From positions 8,159 through 72,158 of the forward strand of contig DYVS01000149.1 of NCBI GenBank assembly GCA_020743075.1: DNA of 64,000 nt. Reading direction: 5' to 3'. The notes below the pieces were generated by a model, which saw nothing but the letters and a program-made list of their open reading frames with translations, ran no database searches and was not told the DNA's origin. This document shows positions 26,254 through 36,229 of this stretch, in pieces. Source of the DNA: Butyricimonas virosa. Its GTDB lineage: Bacteria > Bacteroidota > Bacteroidia > Bacteroidales > Marinifilaceae. Position numbers and translations under genes: made by a program. Positions within the stretch are counted from its first letter, which is position 1; the number at the start of each line of letters is the position of its first letter.

Positions 26254-26454
26254 ATGAAACGAACATTTTTAAAAATAATAGACGAGAGCAGTCATTTAGA
26301 AGTTGGGTGCGTAGATGGGTACATGGATATTTCAATATCATCCAACGATGATGATTATAATTATTTATCAGTTAAAATTACAGAAGATGAAATTCAAGAA
26401 TTAATAGACTTTTTGACTGAAAAGAGAAAAGAATTAGAAAAGGATAACGAGTAA
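26254..26454 (+). CDS. hypothetical acidic protein
   Basis: 66-aa ORF directly upstream of the replication genes. Confidence 0.4.
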   Translation: MKRTFLKIIDESSHLEVGCVDGYMDISISSNDDDYNYLSVKITEDEIQELIDFLTEKRKELEKDNE

Positions 26455-26456
26455 CA

Positions 26457-27314
26457 ATGGAAAAAGGATATATCAAATTATCTCGCAAATTTTTCGAGAA
26501 CAAGATATGGCAGGCCGCCCGGGCTTTTAATGAAGGAGAAGCGTGGCTGGATTTAATTCAACTGGCACGATTTGAAACTTCTGAGATTACATCTCGCATC
26601 GGGGTTCACGAAATAACTTGGGGAAGGGGACAATATCCGGCTTCTAACAGGTTCCTAATGAGGAAATGGGGACGTTCTGAACAATGGGTGAAAACTTTTT
26701 TGTCAAAGCTGAAAAAAGAGAAAATGATAACAGTAGATGCCAGTCAAGGCGTAAACGTTATAACTCTCTTGAACTATGATGCTTACAATTCGATTGGGGA
26801 TACTCAAAACTCACCAAATAACTCACTAAGTAACTCACTTAACAATATGACAGATATAGAGTTACAAGAGTTTATCACTCAACAAGTAACTCGGCAAGTA
26901 ACTCAAATGTCACTCACGTCCCACTCAAATAAAAAGAAAGATAAAGAATATAATAACAAAAAAGAACTATCTAACGATAGTTCCAAAAAAGCGACAGACG
27001 TCGCCACACGCAAAGATGCTTTTCTTTCCATGTTGAAATCTTTTTCTTCTCGTTACCCGGAGAGCATGTTGACGGACTTTTTCAACTACTGGACGGAACT
27101 CAACCCTTCCGGGAATAAGATGAGATTCGAGATGCAAAGAACTTGGGAAACGTCTAAAAGGCTTGCTACATGGGCGAAGAATGATTGGAATTTCTCCAAA
27201 ACAAAACAAGAATTACCACAAATACCATCTATTTTCGATTCTAAACCACAAAATGGCGACCGAAACGACAAGGGACAAGTGTGGAGCGAGGAGAAAAACA
27301 GGTGGCTAAATTGA
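26457..27314 (+). CDS. putative replisome organiser / replication initiator (winged helix)
   Basis: 285 aa; N-terminus GYIKLSRKFFENKIWQ...EAWLDLIQLA typical of phage replication-organiser N-domains; lies upstream of the primase-helicase. Confidence 0.5.
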   Translation: MEKGYIKLSRKFFENKIWQAARAFNEGEAWLDLIQLARFETSEITSRIGVHEITWGRGQYPASNRFLMRKWGRSEQWVKTFLSKLKKEKMITVDASQGVNVITLLNYDAYNSIGDTQNSPNNSLSNSLNNMTDIELQEFITQQVTRQVTQMSLTSHSNKKKDKEYNNKKELSNDSSKKATDVATRKDAFLSMLKSFSSRYPESMLTDFFNYWTELNPSGNKMRFEMQRTWETSKRLATWAKNDWNFSKTKQELPQIPSIFDSKPQNGDRNDKGQVWSEEKNRWLN

Positions 27315-27341
27315 TGTTAAACGATTAAAATTAACGAGAAC

Positions 27342-29420
27342 ATGGATCGAATTGAAGTGATGAGAGCCTTGGAGGTGTTCTGCCCGGATGATAGGTTGTT
27401 CGAGATTCGAGCCATGCACGTGACGAGGAAACAGGACATCTGGAGCGGGTACTTCAAAGACCATCAGCTAGCGTGCGATGCCATACAGCGTTTCGATGCC
27501 GAGTACAATATCTACTTCGTGTTCAACTCGATAAGCGAGATGTGCTACTCCATGGCGCAGAAAGACAAGATGCTTCTCGGTGCAGAGAGCACGAAGGACA
27601 CGGATGTCGTTTGCCGTGACTGGGTCTTGATTGACCTTGATCCAGTCCGGGGACACAAGAAAATATCGAGTTCAAACGCCGAGTGGCAAGCGGCCAGAAC
27701 GAAGGCCGGGCAAGTGTGGAAGTTCTTGCGGGACAACGGTTTCTCTTTCCCGGTGGTTTGCTCTTCCGGTAACGGTTTACATCTCATGTACAAGGTTGAT
27801 AGCTGGGCGAACACCCCGGAGAACGACAAGATAGTTTCGGATTTCCTGAAAGCGTTAGCGTTACTTTTCACGGATGATAACGTTGATATTGACGTCAAGG
27901 TAGGTAACGCAGCTAGAATCACGAAACTGTACGGCACGGTGGCGAGGAAGGGGGCGAACGATCAAGACAGGCCGCACAGGCTGAGCAAGATTCTAACCGT
28001 GCCGGACGAGATAAAACCGACCGACAAGGAATTGTTTCTCAAGGTGAACAAGATACTGCCCGTGGAAGAAAAACCCACGTACAGCAATCGTTTCAACCAG
28101 GAAACTTTCAACATCGATGATTTTATCAACAAGCACGGGATACAGGTTTACCGGGACACGTCCGTGGCGGGGTTGAGAAAAATTATCTTGAAAGAATGCC
28201 CGTTTGACCCGTCCCACAAGGCCCCGGATTCGGCGATATTCGTGTCCCCTTCCGGGGCGATAGGATTCACCTGTTTTCATAATTCATGTTCAAGTTACAC
28301 GTGGAAGGACTTGCGGTTGAAGTACGAGCCGGACGCTTACGACAAGAAAGATTACCGGGAATTCGTACACAAGCAGCAATATTACGGCCACGTGCAACGG
28401 GAAGAGTTCAAGCCAAGGGAGGAAACGGAGGACAAGGGGAAGAAATGGTTATCCATGAGGGATATTAAATTTTACGACCCCTCTAAAGTGATCTCCATAC
28501 CAACCGGGTTTCTCGATCTAGACAAGGCCATCACCGGGTTAATACTCGGCGAGGTTTCGCTAGTTTCTGGTGTCAACGGTTCCGGTAAATCTAGCTGGTT
28601 GAACGTGGTGATGATGAACGCCGTGCAACGTGGTTTTAACGTGGCGTTGTGGTCGGGAGAGCTGGTCGATTTCAAGCTGAAAGGATGGCTAGATCAAGTG
28701 GCGGCGGGAAAGAATCACGTGGTGAAAAACACGTCGTACGACAACGTTTATTACACCCCTAGAAACATATCCGAGAAGATCAGCGAGTGGATGGAAAACA
28801 AGTTTTTCCTGTACAACAACAACTACGGGTGCAAGTGGGAACAGATCGTTCACGACGTGAAGGACGTGGTGACGAACAAGGGCGTGAAACTGGTCGTTAT
28901 CGATAACCTCATGGCTCTCGACATAGATGGACTTGACGGTGACAAGTACGGGAAACAGAAGAAATTCATCATCGACATTTGCGACATGGCGAAACAGATG
29001 AACATTCACGTGATACTCGTCGCTCACCCGAGGAAAGAAACCACGTTACTGCGCAAGGAATCGATTAGCGGCACGGCAGACTTGACTAACGCTGTTGATA
29101 ATTGTTTTCTTGTTCATCGGGTCGGAGAGGATTTCGTGAGAAGGGCGAGCGAGTTCTTCGGGAAAGAGAAAACGTTAAGGTACGCCGAGTACTCGAACGT
29201 GTTAGAGGTTTGCAAGAACCGGAGCATGGGAGTTGTTGACTATCTCGTCGGGATGTATTACGAGGTGGAAAGCAGGAGGTTTAAAAATTCAAGGGCAGAG
29301 TACATCGTGTACGGGTGGCAAGAACAACCTAAACAAACAGAATTATTCAAGAGAATCGAACCGGACAGGAGTTTTGATATTAACCCGTTCGAGGATGATT
29401 CGGAGAAAGCACCATTTTAA
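27342..29420 (+). CDS. AEP-type primase-polymerase fused to a DnaB/RepA-like helicase
   Basis: 692 aa; WVLIDLDP and SSGNGLHLMYKV (AEP catalytic motifs), Cys/His zinc module CPFDPSH...CFHNSC, Walker A GVNGSGKSS, Walker B LVVIDNLMAL. Confidence 0.75.
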   Translation: MDRIEVMRALEVFCPDDRLFEIRAMHVTRKQDIWSGYFKDHQLACDAIQRFDAEYNIYFVFNSISEMCYSMAQKDKMLLGAESTKDTDVVCRDWVLIDLDPVRGHKKISSSNAEWQAARTKAGQVWKFLRDNGFSFPVVCSSGNGLHLMYKVDSWANTPENDKIVSDFLKALALLFTDDNVDIDVKVGNAARITKLYGTVARKGANDQDRPHRLSKILTVPDEIKPTDKELFLKVNKILPVEEKPTYSNRFNQETFNIDDFINKHGIQVYRDTSVAGLRKIILKECPFDPSHKAPDSAIFVSPSGAIGFTCFHNSCSSYTWKDLRLKYEPDAYDKKDYREFVHKQQYYGHVQREEFKPREETEDKGKKWLSMRDIKFYDPSKVISIPTGFLDLDKAITGLILGEVSLVSGVNGSGKSSWLNVVMMNAVQRGFNVALWSGELVDFKLKGWLDQVAAGKNHVVKNTSYDNVYYTPRNISEKISEWMENKFFLYNNNYGCKWEQIVHDVKDVVTNKGVKLVVIDNLMALDIDGLDGDKYGKQKKFIIDICDMAKQMNIHVILVAHPRKETTLLRKESISGTADLTNAVDNCFLVHRVGEDFVRRASEFFGKEKTLRYAEYSNVLEVCKNRSMGVVDYLVGMYYEVESRRFKNSRAEYIVYGWQEQPKQTELFKRIEPDRSFDINPFEDDSEKAPF

Positions 29421-29434
29421 AATTTAATAATATC

Positions 29435-29659
29435 ATGACAGCAAACGGTATAGAACACCCGGACTTCCAGAATTCAAAGGAACTGGCCCGGCGTGACAGT
29501 GAAACTATAAAACAGAAGAAGATCAAGGCACCGGAACTAGGTGAGTTCCGGGTCAAGGATGGGAACGCCACCTACTTTTTCAAAACGGAAGAGCGGATGA
29601 AGAACTCGATCATCCACACCAAAGAGTTTAAATCAAGGTATTTTAAAAGAATGGATTAA
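29435..29659 (+). CDS. hypothetical protein
   Basis: 74-aa basic ORF. Confidence 0.4.
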   Translation: MTANGIEHPDFQNSKELARRDSETIKQKKIKAPELGEFRVKDGNATYFFKTEERMKNSIIHTKEFKSRYFKRMD

Positions 29660-29660
29660 C

Positions 29661-30362
29661 ATGGGAACAACGATAAATATCAAGCCAGACAAGTTTAGGA
29701 TCCCGGTAGTAGTCCCGAGAAGAAACGGGATTGACGCCATTTCAGTGCTAGATCTTGATGACAGGATGAAGTACATTTATTCCGGCTTGATCGTCGCTGA
29801 CACGATCGACGGGTATATACTAGAGTTGATCAACGACACGAAACGGTCTAACCTGTACCGGCAAGGGTTCAAGGGATCGTTAAACGAGATGAAACGCCGG
29901 ATTGACAAGTACAAGTCAATCATGTATGACTCGGTATGCATAACCGAATCTTCAAAGAGAGAGTTGACAAGTAACCTTGACACGCTTGATGACGAGTTCG
30001 GGAACGACATCAAGATATTATTTCACTCGATCAAGAGATACGTGCAGGGGTTCATCGACAACACCGATCACGTCACTTGTATAGCGAGAGCGTCAATTAT
30101 CAACGTCCTTTCCGGTTACTCGATCATGAATGACGAGAAGGTATCGAGGATCATGAGCAAGGTTATGATGCGTGACGTTTGCCTGGATGATGTTAACATC
30201 AAGGCTATAAACTTCGAATCGAAGAAATTCACCGGTTACTTCGCATCGATCTATGGGGAAGTGGATATAGACTTGAATAACCGCGACGAGATTTTCATGG
30301 CCTTCTCTATCATTGACAAGAAGATGAACAAGATTCACGAGATATTAAAACAAACGGCATGA
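29661..30362 (+). CDS. hypothetical protein
   Basis: 233-aa ORF coupled to the downstream PAPS-reductase-like gene. Confidence 0.45.
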   Translation: MGTTINIKPDKFRIPVVVPRRNGIDAISVLDLDDRMKYIYSGLIVADTIDGYILELINDTKRSNLYRQGFKGSLNEMKRRIDKYKSIMYDSVCITESSKRELTSNLDTLDDEFGNDIKILFHSIKRYVQGFIDNTDHVTCIARASIINVLSGYSIMNDEKVSRIMSKVMMRDVCLDDVNIKAINFESKKFTGYFASIYGEVDIDLNNRDEIFMAFSIIDKKMNKIHEILKQTA

Positions 30363-31270
30363 ATTTATTCGCTGATGAAATAGAACAACAAGCTATCAAG
30401 AGAATACAGAAGTTTGAAAAGATAGCGAAAGCGATGAATTTTGAGATTATTCTCGGCTTCTCGGGCGGGAAAGATAGTCAAGTGGTGTATGACCTGTGTA
30501 AACGTTCCGGGATAACTTTTAAAGCGTGTTTCAACCATTGTTTTGAAAGCCAAACAACGTTAAAGTTTATCAAGGAGAAATACCCCGAAGTTGAATGGAG
30601 AAGGTCAGTTAAAACCGGTTTTATCGAGAATATCTGGGTGAATCATAACGGGATATTCCCTACCGTTCATATGGCTTATTGTTGTGCTGATTACAAGCAT
30701 AACCAGAAAAGCGTGGAGAAATGTTCTATAGTTGGAGTGAGGAGAGCTGAAAGTGCCAGGAGAAAAGCTAGAACATTATTCGAAATCAAGAATAAGACAT
30801 TGTTAAAGAAGAATAAACATTTGATTGATAATTATTTTGAGGAGCGTTGCCAGTCAGTTGGAATAAATGCAATCATCCAGTTAAAACCGATCATAGACTG
30901 GAGCGATAACGATGTTTGGGATTACATCAAGAAATACAAATTACCAATTAATCCAGAGTACAACATGCGTAATAGAATTGGTTGTATCGTGTGTCCGAAG
31001 GCAAGTTTCACGAGTAATTATATTTTTTTGATCAAATATCCTAAATTAATCAGTGCTTTTATACAAGCTAGGGAAAATAGTAAATTTAAAATAAATTGGA
31101 TCATAACAGGTGAAGACAGGGATTATTCTGACGATAAATGTTACTACATATGTCGTTGGCTTAATCACTCTTTTATGCCGTTTACAAAAAAACAGGAGGA
31201 ATTATACCGGAAAGTTAGAGAGAAGTACAACACGACACGAGATAATTTGGATAAGAACAGCGACATATAG
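30359..31270 (+). CDS. PAPS reductase-family (PP-loop ATP pyrophosphatase) protein
   Basis: 303 aa; ILGFSGGKDSQVV PP-loop, GVRRAESARR, Cys-rich C-terminus. Confidence 0.75.
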   Translation: MNLFADEIEQQAIKRIQKFEKIAKAMNFEIILGFSGGKDSQVVYDLCKRSGITFKACFNHCFESQTTLKFIKEKYPEVEWRRSVKTGFIENIWVNHNGIFPTVHMAYCCADYKHNQKSVEKCSIVGVRRAESARRKARTLFEIKNKTLLKKNKHLIDNYFEERCQSVGINAIIQLKPIIDWSDNDVWDYIKKYKLPINPEYNMRNRIGCIVCPKASFTSNYIFLIKYPKLISAFIQARENSKFKINWIITGEDRDYSDDKCYYICRWLNHSFMPFTKKQEELYRKVREKYNTTRDNLDKNSDI

Positions 31271-31278
31271 AGATAATC

Positions 31279-31428
31279 ATGAGCAAGCGCAAGAAAGAGC
31301 GTGTCGTGTACATTCCCAATCAAATCTGGTACACGCAAACAGTTTACAACTCCGGGGAGCAATCAGACAAGCGTAACAAGAAATTAAGTGAAGAATACCA
31401 GCGAAAGCTGGCTAAAAAGAGAAAGTGA
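31279..31428 (+). CDS. small basic protein (49 aa)
   Basis: ATG-to-TGA ORF below the track cutoff that fills a gap. Confidence 0.3.
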   Translation: MSKRKKERVVYIPNQIWYTQTVYNSGEQSDKRNKKLSEEYQRKLAKKRK

Positions 31429-31430
31429 TC

Positions 31431-31904
31431 ATGAAAGCAGAAGATTTAGTAAATAATAATTCTCTGACCAACATAGAGGTTACTGGCAGGAATACGGTAG
31501 TGTACACGGGAATAGCACTAACGGCCATAAACATGGCAAGAATGGAAGAACGGAAAAACGTGTTAAAATGGATTAGCGTTGAAGAACGATTACCGGAATT
31601 AAACGAGAACGTGTTGTTGTTAATAGAAGGCGTTCCCGTGATTGGTTTGGGAGAAAACGTGAATGATAAATGTTTAGGTGTCGAGTACTGGGCGAGAATA
31701 CCCCTATTACCAAAAGATGCTATCATGAATAATAGCAATAATGAACCCGAAACTGTCACCTTCACTGTTCAAAAAGGACAGACCAACTGTGACGATTGCA
31801 AGTTCAAGAGCCTGTGTTACGACGCTAACATAGAGCTGGTACACCTGCTTAAATGCAACGTGTACGATCTGAACTCGATAACGGAAGTTGAACGACAAAA
31901 ATAA
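31431..31904 (+). CDS. DUF551-like phage protein
   Basis: WISVEERLPELNENVLLLIEGVPVIGL resembles the DUF551 core. Confidence 0.45.
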   Translation: MKAEDLVNNNSLTNIEVTGRNTVVYTGIALTAINMARMEERKNVLKWISVEERLPELNENVLLLIEGVPVIGLGENVNDKCLGVEYWARIPLLPKDAIMNNSNNEPETVTFTVQKGQTNCDDCKFKSLCYDANIELVHLLKCNVYDLNSITEVERQK

Positions 31905-31910
31905 ATTCAA

Positions 31911-32168
31911 ATGAAAACATTTAGCGTTTACGATATTGTTCACAAGATGATCGGTAGCGTTCATCCTGTTGGAGATTCAGCTATCGACAAGGAAAGGTTC
32001 ATAAACCTTGTATGTCAATCGGACTTGCTTGAATTGCTGTTTCAAGAGATACACGAGGTGTACGACCAAAACAAGGATAGTCACGAGGAATCGTGCAGGA
32101 GATGTGCCGAGAAAGCCCGTGACACATTGAAAGAGATAATAGATTTTTATTCAGATAAAATAAATTAG
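31911..32168 (+). CDS. hypothetical protein
   Basis: 85-aa ORF. Confidence 0.4.
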   Translation: MKTFSVYDIVHKMIGSVHPVGDSAIDKERFINLVCQSDLLELLFQEIHEVYDQNKDSHEESCRRCAEKARDTLKEIIDFYSDKIN

Positions 32169-32170
32169 CC

Positions 32171-32605
32171 ATGTTCACGACAAAATGCTTTATAAGAATT
32201 AATACCCCAGAACTAAGGAGCAAGTTGAAAAAGATGGGATACCGGGTTTGCCGTTGCACCGAGGAAACAACCGCCGTGTACTTGATGGCGGGACACGGGG
32301 ATATTCACGCCGTTCACGATGAATCGGTAGACATATTCGAGGACGAGGTGAAATCGGGGGCGTGCAAGCTAATTGATTGCGGGGACAACGAGCAACTATT
32401 TCTCGCCCTCGTCGCAATGAGGGATGACACCGATAACGACCAGCTCTTCACGAACGGGATAGACTGGGCGATCAAGAGGGAAGCAGCTAGAGGTTTGGGA
32501 TTACCGGGGTTTGAATACCTAAGTTTCCCACGTGACATGGATACGCCGTTGCACAAGGCAACGAAGGAGGAGATAATAGAACAGTTCAAAAAAGAAAACG
32601 CATGA
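32171..32605 (+). CDS. hypothetical protein
   Basis: 144-aa ORF. Confidence 0.45.
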   Translation: MFTTKCFIRINTPELRSKLKKMGYRVCRCTEETTAVYLMAGHGDIHAVHDESVDIFEDEVKSGACKLIDCGDNEQLFLALVAMRDDTDNDQLFTNGIDWAIKREAARGLGLPGFEYLSFPRDMDTPLHKATKEEIIEQFKKENA

Positions 32606-33012
32606 AAACAATAATAGCGAAAAAAGTGTTCGAGACAAGAACACAGAGGTTTTACGAGCTATCCGAACCTATCACCAAGGGAAGGAGATTGAAGGATGAC
32701 GTGGATATTATCCAGGAAATGACGGATTCAGAAATTAGCAGGATAAAAGAAGAGTATAGAAAATTCATCCCTAGCGACGGGTGTAGATTGGTATGCGTGT
32801 CAGATGCCCACACTCATGTTGAAAGGTTAGTTTTCCCGGCGTTTACATACCTGGATAATGGAGTAGTGAAACACGGTAGGATGTCATTAAATATTGATGG
32901 TAAACACACGTTCTCGATTGACGGGGGCGATCCGGATTCCGTGTACGATGACGAGGTTTACTTGCGTCACCTTGGAATGGTGAATAAAGTTAGAATTATG
33001 TTGGAGAAATAA
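32602..33012 (+). CDS. hypothetical protein
   Basis: 136-aa ORF; ATGA overlap with the upstream gene. Confidence 0.45.
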   Translation: MKTIIAKKVFETRTQRFYELSEPITKGRRLKDDVDIIQEMTDSEISRIKEEYRKFIPSDGCRLVCVSDAHTHVERLVFPAFTYLDNGVVKHGRMSLNIDGKHTFSIDGGDPDSVYDDEVYLRHLGMVNKVRIMLEK

Positions 33013-33023
33013 ATTTCCTTAAC

Positions 33024-33131
33024 ATGAGAGATTTTTTCAACCTTCTCAACGAGTACCCGATCACTGCCCTGTGTATAGCGGTATTCGTGTACTATTGCTT
33101 GAGGGTGATATTTACAAGGAAAGATGATTAA
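33024..33131 (+). CDS. small single-TM protein (35 aa)
   Basis: ORF found by hand; hydrophobic core ITALCIAVFVYYCL. Confidence 0.25.
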   Translation: MRDFFNLLNEYPITALCIAVFVYYCLRVIFTRKDD

Positions 33132-33233
33132 CGTTGCTGACGACATGAATGTCGGGAGCAAAATTTAATAATCTGGTCGCCTTACAAATAAGGTGACCAA
33201 AATAAAAGTAAATTAATTACTAAATCGAAATAT

Positions 33234-33413
33234 ATGAAGAATAAAATTGCAAAAATTATCGTGTCTTTCCTCGTCGTTATGGGGCTTTTTTTCACGGTAG
33301 CATTAATAGGCTATTTGATCAAGATTAGTCAAGTATGGCAAGGTGTGATAATTATTATATCATTGTGCGCCTTAACATGGATATGCTATGATATATTGTT
33401 CGGGAAGAAATAA
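33234..33413 (+). CDS. small two-TM protein (59 aa)
   Basis: ORF found by hand, just below the cutoff; two hydrophobic segments. Confidence 0.35.
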   Translation: MKNKIAKIIVSFLVVMGLFFTVALIGYLIKISQVWQGVIIIISLCALTWICYDILFGKK

Positions 33414-33424
33414 AGCAATTAATT

Positions 33425-33799
33425 ATGAAACCATTTAATTTAGAATTAGCGAAACAGGGTAATCCTGTTTGTACAAGAGATGGGAAACCCGTAAGAATAA
33501 TATGCTATGATAGAAAGAATACTAAATATCCTATAATGGCATTGATAGATAAAGGCGACTCCGAGGATATTGTGTCATATATCCGACAAGGTACATTTTA
33601 TAGCAATGGAAAGGAACATAAGAATGACCTTTTCATGGCTGCCGTGAAAAAAGATGGGTGGGTAAACGTGTTTACAAATTATTTTTCCGGTATAAAAAGT
33701 ACCAACAGGATATATTCTACCAAAGCAGAAGCATTAAAATTTACTGATACCCAAAGTCCACGTTATATCGACACTGTTAAAATTGAATGGGAGGAATGA
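33425..33799 (+). CDS. hypothetical protein
   Basis: 124-aa ORF. Confidence 0.45.
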   Translation: MKPFNLELAKQGNPVCTRDGKPVRIICYDRKNTKYPIMALIDKGDSEDIVSYIRQGTFYSNGKEHKNDLFMAAVKKDGWVNVFTNYFSGIKSTNRIYSTKAEALKFTDTQSPRYIDTVKIEWEE

Positions 33800-34119
33800 T
33801 TATGACAAGAGAAGAATTGAAACAAGAAGTACAGAAATGGGTTAATGGTGCCGATAGGTATCAGATGAACCTCCAACCCAACTTAGATTACGCTACTAAC
33901 GAAATCATGAAACTCGTTGACAAGTACGTCCTTTCGTGTGTCATGAAAGAGAAAGAAATCAAGGTAAACAAGATTGAACCCGGTCAACCGTTGTTCCCTA
34001 CCCCTACGTGTCCTTCTTGCGGGAGTAAAGAGTACACGATAAGTAGTAATTATGCCGGGAACATACGTTGTGGTAAGTGTGGGAAGTATTTTTTCTTTAT
34101 TTTTAGTAGGAGTTTATAG
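33787..34119 (+). CDS. hypothetical protein with C-terminal zinc ribbon
   Basis: 110 aa; CPSCGS...CGKCGK. Confidence 0.4.
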   Translation: MGGMIMTREELKQEVQKWVNGADRYQMNLQPNLDYATNEIMKLVDKYVLSCVMKEKEIKVNKIEPGQPLFPTPTCPSCGSKEYTISSNYAGNIRCGKCGKYFFFIFSRSL

Positions 34120-34120
34120 C

Positions 34121-34303
34121 ATGGAAAAAGGAATTTTATTTTCAATAGGTGGCTTGATAATGGTCATCGGTTTAGTTTTTTTGATTGTAACATCAAAAAA
34201 CAAGTCAAGTATTTTTACTTTAAAATTCGGCTTGTTGATTTGCGTATTTTATATCATGTTAGTATCCATGTGTTTATTAACTGGTAAAATGATCATCAAT
34301 TAA
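34121..34303 (+). CDS. small two-TM membrane protein
   Basis: 60 aa from ATG 34121 within track ORF 34052-34303. Confidence 0.4.
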   Translation: MEKGILFSIGGLIMVIGLVFLIVTSKNKSSIFTLKFGLLICVFYIMLVSMCLLTGKMIIN

Positions 34304-34314
34304 ACTTTTGAAAC

Positions 34315-34869
34315 ATGGAATTAAATGAATTAAGAGACAAGGCTTACAAGATAGCACGTGAACACGGGTTTCACGAAGAAGAGTTTAGTGATGGTCACTA
34401 TCTAATGCTAGTTATATCGGAGTTATCAGAGGCGGTTGAGGCTGACAGGAAAGGGTTGTACGCCAAGGTACCAAAAGACAAAGAGAACACGATATTCAGT
34501 CCCAAAACATTTCACGGGGATAACGTGTTATTCGTTTATAATTTCGAGGAACACGTTAAAGACAGGGTGGAAGACGAGCTTGCCGACGCTTGCATACGGT
34601 TACTAGACTTCGCCGGGCTTCGAAATCTAAACCTTAACAGGTTTGCTCTCGTCAACGTGGTATCGAGTAAGAAGACGTTCACGGAGAACGTTTACGCTAT
34701 AATAAAAGACATCATGAATTACAAGTACTCGCTGGAAGAGCAAGTGAATTACTCCATTACTCAAATTTTCGCCCTGTCAAGGATACTTGACATAGACCTC
34801 TTATGGTTCATCGAGCATAAAATGATATATAACGAGAAAAGAGAGTATAAACATGGTAAAAAGTATTGA
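34315..34869 (+). CDS. MazG-like nucleotide pyrophosphohydrolase
   Basis: 184 aa; LVISELSEAVEA and EDELADACIRLLDFAG acidic metal-binding helices. Confidence 0.6.
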   Translation: MELNELRDKAYKIAREHGFHEEEFSDGHYLMLVISELSEAVEADRKGLYAKVPKDKENTIFSPKTFHGDNVLFVYNFEEHVKDRVEDELADACIRLLDFAGLRNLNLNRFALVNVVSSKKTFTENVYAIIKDIMNYKYSLEEQVNYSITQIFALSRILDIDLLWFIEHKMIYNEKREYKHGKKY

Positions 34870-35090
34870 TCATGGACACGAAACTAACGATTGACGAGAT
34901 AGAGCTTGATAGCACGGATAAAGCGATTGACTGGGAGCAACGCAGGTACGAGATAGCGAAAGATGCTCTAGCCGGAATCATATCAGAGGAAAGTATTCCC
35001 GGTACTGATCCATTTCATTATATTGACAAAGATGTAAGTCGAGCGATAGAATATGCTGACGAGTTAATTAAGCATCTTAAATCTAAATAA
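34866..35090 (+). CDS. hypothetical protein
   Basis: 74-aa ORF with ATGA-type overlap. Confidence 0.4.
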   Translation: MIMDTKLTIDEIELDSTDKAIDWEQRRYEIAKDALAGIISEESIPGTDPFHYIDKDVSRAIEYADELIKHLKSK

Positions 35091-35199
35091 TTATGCAAGA
35101 ATACATTTGGGCGCAGGTAGTCAAAATGACTACAAACAAAATAGATGAAGGTCAGATTATTACAGTATCTGATTGGTGTTTACTTAATACAAAATAATC

Positions 35200-35475
35200 A
35201 TGGAAGAATATAAAGTAGGCGAAGTGTTCCAATTCGGGAAAAAGAAACTGAAATGCGTCGAAGGATGCAAATGTTCGAATTGTGTCATGAGTGATCTTTG
35301 CTTTGAGGGGTGTGAGTTTATATCAATGTATGTCGGTGCGTGCGCAGCGAAAGGTAGAAAAGATCACACGGAAGTTATATTTATTGAAGTAAAAGAAGAG
35401 AACAATGGCAGTATCTCAAATCGAGGCAGACAAGAGAGGCTTGAAGAAACTTCTCAAGGATGCCACACGGCTTAA
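35200..35475 (+). CDS. small Cys-rich protein
   Basis: 91-aa ORF. Confidence 0.35.
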   Translation: MEEYKVGEVFQFGKKKLKCVEGCKCSNCVMSDLCFEGCEFISMYVGACAAKGRKDHTEVIFIEVKEENNGSISNRGRQERLEETSQGCHTA

Positions 35476-35818
35476 AGTCTACGAGGGAGAACCACGTGAT
35501 TTCATGGGGAAAATGTACATTTCTATCACGAACGAATACAAGGACAAGAACCCGCATATCGTGTTCACTCAAGGTAGATGGAATGCTAATGAAGGTGGAG
35601 AATACGAGATAAGAATATATGTTCCGATGTTTAAAATAGATAATCATGATGTGATAAATAGACGTTATCTTAATAAAGTGTATATAGCCATTTACAACGC
35701 TATTAAAGATAGATTTGGAGATAATTTCCATTTTTGCAACCATCATTTAGACACGTGGACCCCGATGGCTAAGTTTAAATTTTATATTCAAATACCTAAT
35801 TTTAAAGATGAGACTTAG
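35405..35818 (+). CDS. hypothetical protein
   Basis: 137-aa ORF; overlaps the upstream ORF by 71 nt, so the start is uncertain. Confidence 0.4.
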   Translation: MAVSQIEADKRGLKKLLKDATRLKVYEGEPRDFMGKMYISITNEYKDKNPHIVFTQGRWNANEGGEYEIRIYVPMFKIDNHDVINRRYLNKVYIAIYNAIKDRFGDNFHFCNHHLDTWTPMAKFKFYIQIPNFKDET

Positions 35819-36029
35819 AATAGCGAAGAAAGTATTAAACACGCACGGTAAAAATTACTTGAAAAGATACAGGGAATTGAGACAGCCTTTCAAGAAGGTA
35901 ATAAATGGTTCAGAACGGTTAGTTTACCCGTCATGGCACGATTTACCGCTCATTAAAAAGGCTACTCGAAGGATAATAAGACAACATAACAAGTATAAAT
36001 ATAAAAACAATAACGATGAAGATGACTAG
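35808..36029 (+). CDS. small basic protein
   Basis: 73-aa ORF. Confidence 0.4.
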   Translation: MRLRIAKKVLNTHGKNYLKRYRELRQPFKKVINGSERLVYPSWHDLPLIKKATRRIIRQHNKYKYKNNNDEDD

Positions 36030-36207
36030 AGTATACAAGATAGAAACAAGGGGCAGCGTGATAACCCTGTACCGGAGAAGACTGGGTTTCCTGTGGTTTT
36101 CCGTCGAATCACGCACTTTTGGCTATTCTCAACATAGAATTAAAATCATGAAGGAATGGTTCGCAAAGTACGGGAAGGAGAATTTCATATCCGACAAGTG
36201 TTATTAA
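36016..36207 (+). CDS. hypothetical protein
   Basis: 63-aa ORF, last gene of the packed early block. Confidence 0.4.
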   Translation: MKMTRVYKIETRGSVITLYRRRLGFLWFSVESRTFGYSQHRIKIMKEWFAKYGKENFISDKCY

Positions 36208-36229
36208 AATATTTTATATCTTTGCACCA

